IMG/VR virus record: IMGVR_UViG_3300048800_000035
Location: 1-35,700 of that record
Source: a virus
Direction: 5' to 3' (one strand)
DNA length: 35,700 nt
A model generated the notes under the pieces. That model had not been told where the DNA came from, searched no databases, and saw only the letters and a list, made by a program, of their open reading frames with translations. Each line of letters begins with the position of its first letter. The first letter of the stretch is position 1. Below, piece by piece: positions 26,907-35,174 of this stretch. The translations under genes were made by a program, and so were the position numbers.

Positions 26907-28039
26907 TGCAAATTTGCCACATATTTGCTGACGGTTTCAGCGAGCTGAATTCCACGCAGTTCCGTGGGATTATATTCATTGATGCTCTCAATCGGGCAGG
27001 GCACTCCGCCAGTCTTATCGGGGTCGAAAATTGGATGAAGGATACTTGTCGCGAAAAATTGGCAAGTGCCGATCTTATTGTTGTTGAGCGCATCCTTGTA
27101 GAAGAGGCGGTCGAAAGAGCGTCGTTTTGGAAGTCGCGTGGCAAGGCGATTGTTATTGACATTGATGATTCATATTCTCTCCTGCAACCATTTGAAGAAT
27201 CGGGGAACCAGGCCGCTAAATTCTGGAAACTCGGAATGGTTGATGTGAATTACGGCAATGGCATTACCTATTCCAAGAAACTTGCCGTATCCCCACTGGA
27301 TCAATTCCGACAGGGCTTGAAATATTGCACTGGACTGACTTCGCCCTCGCGTATTCTGAACGAAGATTGGAAGATGTATGCCCCCACCTGGGTACTGCCT
27401 AACTATTTGGACTCCCGCCGATATTTGCCCCACAAGAATATAAAAATCAAGTCCAGAGCAGATGAATTGATTATTGGATGGGGCGGGAGCATGTCTCATA
27501 AATTGTCGTTCGAGCGTAGTGGTGTAGCAATCGCCCTGCGCCGTGTCCTAAAGAGGCACAAGAATGTCAAATTCATGCTCTGCGGAGATAAAAGGATTCT
27601 CGACATCGTGAAACTTCCGCCGGAGCAAGTGGTATTCAGGAACTATGTGACCTATCAGGAATGGCCTAAGTCTGCCAAGAGTTTTGACATCGGCCTTGCT
27701 CCATTACAGGGCCGCTATGACTCGTCGCGATCCGAGATCAAGGCCGAGGAATACTCGACACTGGCTATTCCATTTGTGGCTACTGGATGTCCAACCTACG
27801 AACGGTTTGAACAGAAGAACATCGGTCTTTACGTACAGGATTCATTGGAGTATGATGCGGCAACTGTTGAGAAGCGTGCTGTAGAATGGGAACAGAAGTT
27901 GGAAGATATTATTACCCACTACGCCGATTACAAACAAAAGGCGCTTGATGATTCAGTCAACCTTGCGCCGTATTGGTGGGTTGATAATAGGGTCCAAGAT
28001 ATTGTAAAGACATACGAAAGCATCATCGCACATGGCTAG
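26906..28039 (+). CDS. GT-B glycosyltransferase (GT4-like, phage type)
   Basis: IDIDD, VLPNYLD, IGWGGSMSH, FDIGLAPL, SEIKAEEYS...IPFVAT. Confidence 0.88.
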   Translation: MQICHIFADGFSELNSTQFRGIIFIDALNRAGHSASLIGVENWMKDTCREKLASADLIVVERILVEEAVERASFWKSRGKAIVIDIDDSYSLLQPFEESGNQAAKFWKLGMVDVNYGNGITYSKKLAVSPLDQFRQGLKYCTGLTSPSRILNEDWKMYAPTWVLPNYLDSRRYLPHKNIKIKSRADELIIGWGGSMSHKLSFERSGVAIALRRVLKRHKNVKFMLCGDKRILDIVKLPPEQVVFRNYVTYQEWPKSAKSFDIGLAPLQGRYDSSRSEIKAEEYSTLAIPFVATGCPTYERFEQKNIGLYVQDSLEYDAATVEKRAVEWEQKLEDIITHYADYKQKALDDSVNLAPYWWVDNRVQDIVKTYESIIAHG

Positions 28040-28985
28040 TATATTGTTGGTCGGCGGAAGCGGCTTCATTGGTAGCCACATTTCACGCTACTTGCTTGAC
28101 AATCCCGAATATGATCGAGTTGTTATCCTATCAAGGGACTGGCACAAACAACTGGCCCTGCGGAAATCTCTAGGTAATCCAGATAAGTTCCGCTGGTTCA
28201 TTGGGGACATTCGGGACAAAGATAGACTCACAAGAGCCTTCAACGGTATTGATGTAATTGTACACGCCGGGGCGATTAAGGATCAAGTGTCGTCAGCTTA
28301 CAATCCTCGTGAAACGATGCTCACAAATGTGGTTGGAACACAGAATGTTATTGACGCGGCGATTGATTGTGGCGTGAAAAAAGTCTTGTTTATTAGCAGT
28401 GATAAGGGCACTGCACCCATTTCTTGCTACGGACACAGTAAGGCTATGGGAGAATCCCTGATTGTTGCTGCCAACACCTATTCACCTAATGGAACCAGGT
28501 TTGCTTCTTGCAGATATGGCAACGTGGTAAATTCCGCATCAAGTGTTTTGCCAATCTTTAGGCAACAGCGCGAAACAGGTACTCTCTCAATTACCGATCC
28601 GCGCTCAACAAGGTTCTGGATTACGCCGGAGCAAGCAGTTTTGTTGATATTTAAAAGCCTTGCAGAGATGCTTGGCGGCGAGGTGTTCGTTCCAAAACTT
28701 CCAGCATCACTGATTATTGACCTCGCTACAGCGGTTGCGCCAGAGGCCAAGATTGATATTATCGGCTTGCGCGTGGCTGAAAAGATTCACGAAATCATGG
28801 TCAACAATGTCGAGGCGGGCAGGACGCAAGACGTTGGATGGGGATACCGCATTGAGCCGGAGTTCAAGTTTTGGGATTCCACCGTAGCCTATCCGTCTGG
28901 TTCCCCTGTGCCGTGGGACTGGACTTACTCCTCTGCCTCGGCCACTCGCCTCACCGTGGAACAACTTCGGGCGATGATCGAATGA
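28032..28985 (+). CDS. pseB: UDP-GlcNAc 4,6-dehydratase (PseB/FlaA1-like)
   Basis: GGSGFIG, LSRD..KQ, IGDIRD, SSDK, YGHSK, RYGNV, TRFWIT, GGEVFVPKLP, EKIHE. Confidence 0.88.
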   Translation: MASILLVGGSGFIGSHISRYLLDNPEYDRVVILSRDWHKQLALRKSLGNPDKFRWFIGDIRDKDRLTRAFNGIDVIVHAGAIKDQVSSAYNPRETMLTNVVGTQNVIDAAIDCGVKKVLFISSDKGTAPISCYGHSKAMGESLIVAANTYSPNGTRFASCRYGNVVNSASSVLPIFRQQRETGTLSITDPRSTRFWITPEQAVLLIFKSLAEMLGGEVFVPKLPASLIIDLATAVAPEAKIDIIGLRVAEKIHEIMVNNVEAGRTQDVGWGYRIEPEFKFWDSTVAYPSGSPVPWDWTYSSASATRLTVEQLRAMIE

Positions 28986-29353
28986 TGAACGCCTTTGAAC
29001 TTACAGCGCAAGAACTTGGAATTACCGTGGCCGAGGTAGAGTGGGCCGTAAAGATTTCAGTTGTACATCGTAAGCATCGCAAGCAACTTAGGGAGAGACA
29101 GCGCATGGCAAATGCTGAGGCGCTGAATAAACACGAATTGGCAGAGGCTAAAGCGAAATATCCCAATCAGTGTTTCTGCATTGAGGAAGGACTTGATCCC
29201 AAGCACGATTGGAATAGCGATAAACTTATCCGCTACGACAAGAAGCGGAGATATACATATCTTGGATTCTCGACCGAGGAGTTCTATGATGATCCGATAT
29301 ATACATGCTCCACTTGCGGCAAGGAATGGCGCATTCGGATAGCAATAGCATGA
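28982..29353 (+). CDS. Hypothetical protein with C-terminal Zn ribbon
   Basis: CFC...YTCSTCGKEW; ATGA overlaps. Confidence 0.7.
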   Translation: MMNAFELTAQELGITVAEVEWAVKISVVHRKHRKQLRERQRMANAEALNKHELAEAKAKYPNQCFCIEEGLDPKHDWNSDKLIRYDKKRRYTYLGFSTEEFYDDPIYTCSTCGKEWRIRIAIA

Positions 29354-29859
29354 TTCACAACTTCATCTGGTGGTTTGACAACACGGCTGACGCTTACACT
29401 CAATCTGTCATCGGAAACTTTACCGCCGATCTGATTCTATTCAGTCTGCCTGCGCTGTGGGTGTTCTTGAGGACTATACGGCAGGGCCGTATCTTGAAGA
29501 ACTTCGGTCGTGAGATGAAGGTAAGTCCAGACGGGCAGGCGGCGGTAAATGCTGTTGACGGTGAGATTCTTATGGCCGGCAAGGGCGGTATTGAGAACCT
29601 CACTCATACTAAGGCGGTCGAAGAAAACCCCCTGTTTGCTTCCAATTCAAAGTGGATCGCCTTTCAGAGGCAGGTTGAGGGGGCGTGGGAAGTGTGGGCA
29701 ATCGACGTTGAAACTCGCAAGACCGTTAGCCTTGGAACGGTTGCCGGAGACAAGCGCCGAATGATTGAGTGGCAACCGAACAACGATCTTGTTATTCAGA
29801 TGGGCGGAACGTACCTAACGGTTTACCAGCAAGAGATTGAAAAGAGACTCAAGCAATAG
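29350..29859 (+). CDS. Membrane-anchored protein with TolB/PD40-like beta-propeller blades
   Basis: Hydrophobic helix LILFSLPALWVFL; VSPDGQ, NPLFASNSKWIAF, WEVWAID. Confidence 0.7.
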   Translation: MIHNFIWWFDNTADAYTQSVIGNFTADLILFSLPALWVFLRTIRQGRILKNFGREMKVSPDGQAAVNAVDGEILMAGKGGIENLTHTKAVEENPLFASNSKWIAFQRQVEGAWEVWAIDVETRKTVSLGTVAGDKRRMIEWQPNNDLVIQMGGTYLTVYQQEIEKRLKQ

Positions 29860-29892
29860 GATTATGTCAATGCAAATTTACAACGGTGAATT

Positions 29893-30975
29893 ATGCAAGG
29901 TGTAATACCGTACTCGACGAGTTTTATCACCGATGAGGACAAGAAGGCGGTGCTGGCCGTTCTGGATTCCAACTGGCTCACTCGCGGCAAGTTGACCAAG
30001 GAACTTGAGGCCAAACTCTGTGAACTGACGGGCAAGAAACATGCCGTAATGGTCAACAATGGGACTACTGCATTGTTGGCGGCGGTTGAGGCAACGCATA
30101 CCTTTGATGTTTATACTCCTGTTCTGACGTTTTCGGCTGTAGCAAATGCAGCGGAGATGGCATCTACCCAGCCTGAAATACATTTCCACGATGTTTGTGA
30201 AGATACGCTTTGTGTAGATTGGAACCAGTCCGCAGGCATTGATGGAACAATAGTCGCAATGGATTATGCGGGCTATCCGAGTCTTAGATCGTGGCCTCCG
30301 CATTATATGGGTGATATTGTTTTGGATGCCGCTCACAGTATCGGGGCAACGATCAACGGTGAACCCAATACTAAGTTTGCCAACATTGCCACTTATTCCT
30401 TCCATCCTACTAAAACGGTAACGTCCGCTGAGGGTGGGGCCATCGTTTGCGATAGTGATAGTATCTATGAGGAATTACTTCTTCTCCGGAACAACGGTAT
30501 TGACATTAAGACTGGATTGCGCGTTACAACCGGGTTGAACTTGCATTGCGACGAACTCTCCTGTGCCCTACTCCTGTCGCAACTAACCCGACTGAAATCC
30601 AACATTGCCCGCAAGCATGAAATCGCCAAGATGTATATGGATAGGTGGAAAGATGATCTGCGCCTCATTCTTCCTGTCTACGATGAGGGACATGCCTTCC
30701 ACCTGTATCCCGTTCGACTGTCTACCGCCGTGAATTGCACCGTTGAGGAATTTCGTGCCAAGTTATTGACTTACGGCGTTGCTAGCCAAAGACATTACCG
30801 ATTGTTGAGCAACATGCCTATCTATGCCTACATGAATTTGGACGGTTGTTACCCCGTAGCAGAACGCGCTTACGAAAGGCTTGTGTCAATCCCCATGTAC
30901 GCGGGCTTAGACGATAACCAAGTTCGCATTGTTATGAACGCAGTAGATGGGAGCTTAGATGCCTACTCAAGATAG
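29893..30975 (+). CDS. pseC: DegT/DnrJ-family PLP sugar aminotransferase (PseC-like)
   Basis: WLTRG, NNGTTAL, LDAAHSIGA, YSFHPTKTVTSAEGG, HLYPV, SIPMY. Confidence 0.85.
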   Translation: MQGVIPYSTSFITDEDKKAVLAVLDSNWLTRGKLTKELEAKLCELTGKKHAVMVNNGTTALLAAVEATHTFDVYTPVLTFSAVANAAEMASTQPEIHFHDVCEDTLCVDWNQSAGIDGTIVAMDYAGYPSLRSWPPHYMGDIVLDAAHSIGATINGEPNTKFANIATYSFHPTKTVTSAEGGAIVCDSDSIYEELLLLRNNGIDIKTGLRVTTGLNLHCDELSCALLLSQLTRLKSNIARKHEIAKMYMDRWKDDLRLILPVYDEGHAFHLYPVRLSTAVNCTVEEFRAKLLTYGVASQRHYRLLSNMPIYAYMNLDGCYPVAERAYERLVSIPMYAGLDDNQVRIVMNAVDGSLDAYSR

Positions 30976-31171
30976 CAGTTGGTTTGTTGCAACGTGGAAA
31001 AGCGATAGTTGGGGGGAAGTGTCTGAATCGTATCTATACAAGGAACAGGCACTCAACTGGCTTGACAACAAGAAGTCGGCGGAGAAGGTAGTTGACTCTG
31101 CTATTCATACTTTTCCAAACTTTCGGACGGCGCAGTATTACCGTAAGCACGGGGAATATTACCACCAATGA
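30959..31171 (+). CDS. Hypothetical protein
   Basis: GGGAG RBS; ATGA overlap with the next gene. Confidence 0.6.
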   Translation: MPTQDSSWFVATWKSDSWGEVSESYLYKEQALNWLDNKKSAEKVVDSAIHTFPNFRTAQYYRKHGEYYHQ

Positions 31172-31866
31172 ATGTAGCGATCATTCCGGCCAGGGGAAAC
31201 AGTAAGTCGGTCGCCCGGAAGAATCTTCGCCCACTGGCGGGCAAGCCCCTTTTACAATGGACGATTGACGCCGCCAAAGAAGCCAACGTATTCGATCACA
31301 TCGTTCTTACTTCCGAGGATGACGAGATATTGAAACTTGGTTTGCGAAACAATATTATGACGCTGGTTCGCCAACCCTGGCTAAGTCAGGATTTCGTGCA
31401 ATCATCGGAGGTTGCGCTTGACGCTTTACGCCAGTTGCAGTTGGCTAATATCTATCCTGATATAGTGACGATCTTGCAACCAACCTCTCCGTTTAGAACG
31501 GCGGAAGATATTGGCGGTGCCGTAGACCTATTCAATAACTGGGACTTGCCGATTGAGAAACGCGGAACCATCATCTCGGCGTATAAAAGCGCCAAGTATC
31601 ATTGGCACGACGAGGGTTGGAACGACAAGCCTCTGTACCACAATCCAGAAAAGAGGTTGGGCCGACAGTGGGAATCTGATATGGGTGTATTTGTGGAACA
31701 GGGGGCAGTCTACATCGTTTCTGCTAATCGTTTCGGCAGAGAAGGTCAGTACAGACTTCCGCCGTACCAGATTTTTGAGATGTCGGAAAGTCATTCGATT
31801 GACCTAGACTCGCCAGAGGAGTTTGAACAAGCGGAACACATGCTTGAAAGAGGACTTGTGAAGTGA
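31168..31866 (+). CDS. CMP-nonulosonic acid synthetase (NeuA/PseF family cytidylyltransferase)
   Basis: IIPARGNSK...KNLRPLAGKPL, LQPTSPFR, RQ, GAVY, SIDLDSPEEF. Confidence 0.93.
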   Translation: MNVAIIPARGNSKSVARKNLRPLAGKPLLQWTIDAAKEANVFDHIVLTSEDDEILKLGLRNNIMTLVRQPWLSQDFVQSSEVALDALRQLQLANIYPDIVTILQPTSPFRTAEDIGGAVDLFNNWDLPIEKRGTIISAYKSAKYHWHDEGWNDKPLYHNPEKRLGRQWESDMGVFVEQGAVYIVSANRFGREGQYRLPPYQIFEMSESHSIDLDSPEEFEQAEHMLERGLVK

Positions 31867-32540
31867 AGATAGCCCTGCTTGCTAAACCGTCCCACGAGTC
31901 AAGTCAGTTGTATCAATACCTGCTTGGGCGAGGGCATGTGGTTTGGCAGACAGATGAGAAAGTCACGGCGAAAGAACTGTCGAGATACGACATTGGGGTC
32001 AGCTGGTTCTACAAATTCATACTTCGCCAACCAGAACTTGATGCGGTGAAACTGGGTATAGCCAACAATCACATAGGTTTTTTGCCCGAGGGCAGAGGGG
32101 CCAACCCGAACATCTGGCCGATAGCGCATCGTATTCAAGCGGGTGTCACGCTTCACTACATGACGGCAGGTGTAGATGAGGGGCCAATCATCGCAAGACA
32201 ACCAATCGAGATAGAGGCAATCGACACTTCCAAGACGCTCTACAACAAACTTGTAGAGGCGCAGTACAATCTATTTCTTATGTGGTGGCCGTCGATTGAA
32301 CTTCTAGGCAACCAAGGACTTCGAGCACCATCTTTCGCCCAGGAAGAGGGAGCTTGGCATACTTACAGGGTCAAAGATACAGAGTGGTTTGACGACCTTG
32401 ATAATCGGTACGGCGACTCTGCAAGGCTTATGATCGACCAACTCAGGGCCAGAACCTTTCCGCCGTACAATGGTTGCTACTTTCGCGATCCAAAGACTGG
32501 CAAGAAGGTCTTTGTGGACGTGTCATTACGCTATGAATAA
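31863..32540 (+). CDS. Sugar-nucleotide N-formyltransferase
   Basis: NNHIGFLPEGRGANP, GVTLHYM..GVDEGPI, LRARTFPPY.G.YF. Confidence 0.9.
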   Translation: MKIALLAKPSHESSQLYQYLLGRGHVVWQTDEKVTAKELSRYDIGVSWFYKFILRQPELDAVKLGIANNHIGFLPEGRGANPNIWPIAHRIQAGVTLHYMTAGVDEGPIIARQPIEIEAIDTSKTLYNKLVEAQYNLFLMWWPSIELLGNQGLRAPSFAQEEGAWHTYRVKDTEWFDDLDNRYGDSARLMIDQLRARTFPPYNGCYFRDPKTGKKVFVDVSLRYE

Positions 32541-33243
32541 TCCGATTTTGTACCTCCACGCCGACTTGAACTGTGGACTGGGCCACAGAAGGCGTCTAGA
32601 AACGCTACAGACGGCTTGGGACGCGCCTAGCGAGTGGTTTGGTACAGATATACCCTCTGTTGCTGGAATTTGCGTGGTGGACGATTATTGCTTCACTGTA
32701 CAATCGTTCCAAGAATTGAAGGCAAACGGGCATTTGGTTGCCTACTTTACCGAGTTCGCGAACGATTATCCAGTGGATATTCTAATCAATCAAAACATCG
32801 GCGCGGAGAAGTTGAAGTACAATGCGCCTATTCAGTTACTCGGCACTCGTTTCTTCATGCTCCGACAGGAATATTTGACTGTCCAGAAGTACGGGCATGG
32901 TGCGATCTTCGATGCTGATTCGGTAGATAGAAAACTGTCACCGCTTGAGTTTGGTCAGACGATGGCGGAAGCTAAGGCTATCATTTGTTCCGCAGGGATT
33001 ACCGCTTACGAGGCACTGTATCTTGAGAAGCCCTTACTGCTGAGAATGTCGGCAGAGAACCAGCGCCGAACGTATGAGGGGTTGATTGATAACGGCTACG
33101 CAATACCATATAATGACATCGCAATAGAAAGGTTGAGTTACGGATGGATTCCAACAGTGAAGTCGGGAAGAAACCTCGTGGACGGCCTCGGGCCGAGTCG
33201 CGTTTGCCAAGCACTCCGCCTGATGTGGGAACAGACCCACTAA
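32533..33243 (+). CDS. pseG: PseG/SpsG-like UDP-sugar hydrolase (compact)
   Basis: AD...GLGH..R, VVDDY, DILINQN, LLG..F.MLR.E, SAGITAYE, AENQ, VDGLGPSRV; start revised to ATG 32533. Confidence 0.8.
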   Translation: MNNPILYLHADLNCGLGHRRRLETLQTAWDAPSEWFGTDIPSVAGICVVDDYCFTVQSFQELKANGHLVAYFTEFANDYPVDILINQNIGAEKLKYNAPIQLLGTRFFMLRQEYLTVQKYGHGAIFDADSVDRKLSPLEFGQTMAEAKAIICSAGITAYEALYLEKPLLLRMSAENQRRTYEGLIDNGYAIPYNDIAIERLSYGWIPTVKSGRNLVDGLGPSRVCQALRLMWEQTH

Positions 33244-33425
33244 TCTACGGTGTGTGGTTGAACAAGCATCTTGATTGGTTGAAGTACACCAGCGGCGAGA
33301 TTGTCTATTCCGATTACCTCGGATTGGCAAGGGCGGAATTGACCTCTTACGAGCGGAACGGCGGAAGTCATGCTAAGGTTATGATTATCGGGGCAGACGG
33401 TGAGCCGCAGGAACTAAATGACTAA
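33225..33425 (+). CDS. Hypothetical protein
   Basis: Fills the gap between pseG and the first synthase; start uncertain. Confidence 0.5.
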   Translation: MGTDPLIYGVWLNKHLDWLKYTSGEIVYSDYLGLARAELTSYERNGGSHAKVMIIGADGEPQELND

Positions 33426-34245
33426 AACATTAATCATCGCTGAAATTGGATCAAGCCACAATTCTTCATTCGACAGGGCTGTTGCTCTGATTGATGCTGC
33501 CGCTGACGCCGGGGCCGACTACGCCAAGTTCCAACTATTCACTGGCGATGATCTTTGGAGTCGAGAGCCGGAACTGACCAACACCCGCAAGGTCGCTTTG
33601 CCCGAGGCGTGGATTCCCAAACTCATGCAACGGTGTGTTGACAAGAAAATTGCCTTTCTGTGTACGCCGTTCTCGCCTCATGCGGTTGAGGTATTGCGGA
33701 AGAACGGCGCAACGTCCTACAAGATTTCGTCGGGTGACATTACCTATCGGCCCCTACTCGAAGCGGTGGCGGAAACCCATCGGCTAGTCTACCTATCGGT
33801 TGGAGCATCCACCTTTGAGGAAATAGACGCCGCACTTGCAATTCTAAAGAACGCCGAGGACGTGGTAATTCTGCATTGTGTTCCAGAATACCCCGCCACG
33901 CCTGCTACTGCTAATATGCGCCGTATCCTAGACCTCATTGAACGCTACAAGTTGGGCAAGAACATTGGAGTTGGTTTGTCGAGCCACCTTCGCGAGTGGT
34001 GGGTTGACGTTGCTGCGGTTCCATTCGGACTCACTTGCATCGAGAAGCACATTGATACGGTCGGAAAGACAGGGCCGGAAGGGGGGCATTCACTTGACCC
34101 ATTTGAGTTTACGCAGTTTGTTACGGCGGTTCGGGAAGTTGAACAAGCGATGGAAGTCCATAAAGAGTTCACTGAGGGCGAAGTCTATGCGCGTCTCAAC
34201 TATCGCAGGAATCCGACATATTGGACTCGTCCACTCCAATCTTGA
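33418..34245 (+). CDS. NeuB/PseI-family nonulosonic acid synthase 1 (no SAF domain)
   Basis: IIAEIGSSH, KFQ, CTPFS, YKISSGDIT, LHCVPEYP, GLSSH, IEKH, HSLDP. Confidence 0.92.
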   Translation: MTKTLIIAEIGSSHNSSFDRAVALIDAAADAGADYAKFQLFTGDDLWSREPELTNTRKVALPEAWIPKLMQRCVDKKIAFLCTPFSPHAVEVLRKNGATSYKISSGDITYRPLLEAVAETHRLVYLSVGASTFEEIDAALAILKNAEDVVILHCVPEYPATPATANMRRILDLIERYKLGKNIGVGLSSHLREWWVDVAAVPFGLTCIEKHIDTVGKTGPEGGHSLDPFEFTQFVTAVREVEQAMEVHKEFTEGEVYARLNYRRNPTYWTRPLQS

Positions 34246-34337
34246 TCCGCTGGACTGGTATCTATTCTTGCATGGGGCTAGAATCGTCCTGTTTATTCTT
34301 GCCATTCTAATTATCAGTTACTTTCTAAAGCGATAAC

Positions 34338-35174
34338 ATGACAAAACTTTGGGCCGAGATTGGGATAAACCACCAAGGCAGCGTTGAGATTGCTATAAAG
34401 ATGATTGACGCCGCCCAACGCGCCGGGGCTGATTTAGTCAAGTTCCAAATGCGCGTTCCAGAACTTGCCGTTCCAAAATCACAGTGGGATAAGCCGAAGG
34501 TTTGGCAAGGCCAAGAAATGACTTACCTAGAATACAAGAAGAAGTTGGAACTATCTCGCGACGATTACTATCGCATAGATCGACATTGCGCCGAGGTGGG
34601 GATAAATTGGACCGCCTCGGTATGGGATTATGAGAGCGCGGTGTTCCTCGTATCCTTTGCCGACCGCATCCCGTTTATCAAAATCCCCAGTGCCAAGTTG
34701 ACTGACCACGTGCTTTTGAAACAAGTATCTCGCGGGTTCAATATGCCGATTGTTCTAAGCACCGGAATGTCAACCGTGGATGAGATTGAGGCAGCAATTG
34801 ATGTAATTCCGTCCGAGAACCTTGTAATGCTCCTGCATTGCAACAGTTCATATCCAGCGTGTGATGCAGAGCAGAACCTAAGCGTGATTGAAACACTCAG
34901 ACAAGACTTCAACTTTCCAGTTGGGTTTTCGTCCCACCACAAGTCGCCATTCCCAGCCCTGTATGCGGCGGCGAGATATGGCGTTCCCGCTGTAGAAACG
35001 CATTTCACATTAGATAGAAGTTGGGAGGGAACCGATCATGCCAGTTCTCTTGAATCTGATGGACTCGAATTACTCGCTAGGGAGTTTCTGCGCATCCCAA
35101 TTGTTCTGGGCGACGGGCAAAAAGTCGTTTACGATTCAGAACTTCCGAGCAGGCTCAAGTTGAGAGGCTACTAA
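34338..35174 (+). CDS. NeuB-family nonulosonic acid synthase 2 (no SAF domain)
   Basis: AEIGINHQG, KFQ, ASVWD, KIPSA, LSTGMS, LHCNSSYP, GFSSH, HFTLDR..EGTDH. Confidence 0.93.
   Translation: MTKLWAEIGINHQGSVEIAIKMIDAAQRAGADLVKFQMRVPELAVPKSQWDKPKVWQGQEMTYLEYKKKLELSRDDYYRIDRHCAEVGINWTASVWDYESAVFLVSFADRIPFIKIPSAKLTDHVLLKQVSRGFNMPIVLSTGMSTVDEIEAAIDVIPSENLVMLLHCNSSYPACDAEQNLSVIETLRQDFNFPVGFSSHHKSPFPALYAAARYGVPAVETHFTLDRSWEGTDHASSLESDGLELLAREFLRIPIVLGDGQKVVYDSELPSRLKLRGY

Noticed and set aside
33938-34336. 132-aa ORF overlapping synthase 1
   Set aside because: Only the last ~30 hydrophobic codons lie outside the synthase; a small membrane peptide is possible but no start could be supported.
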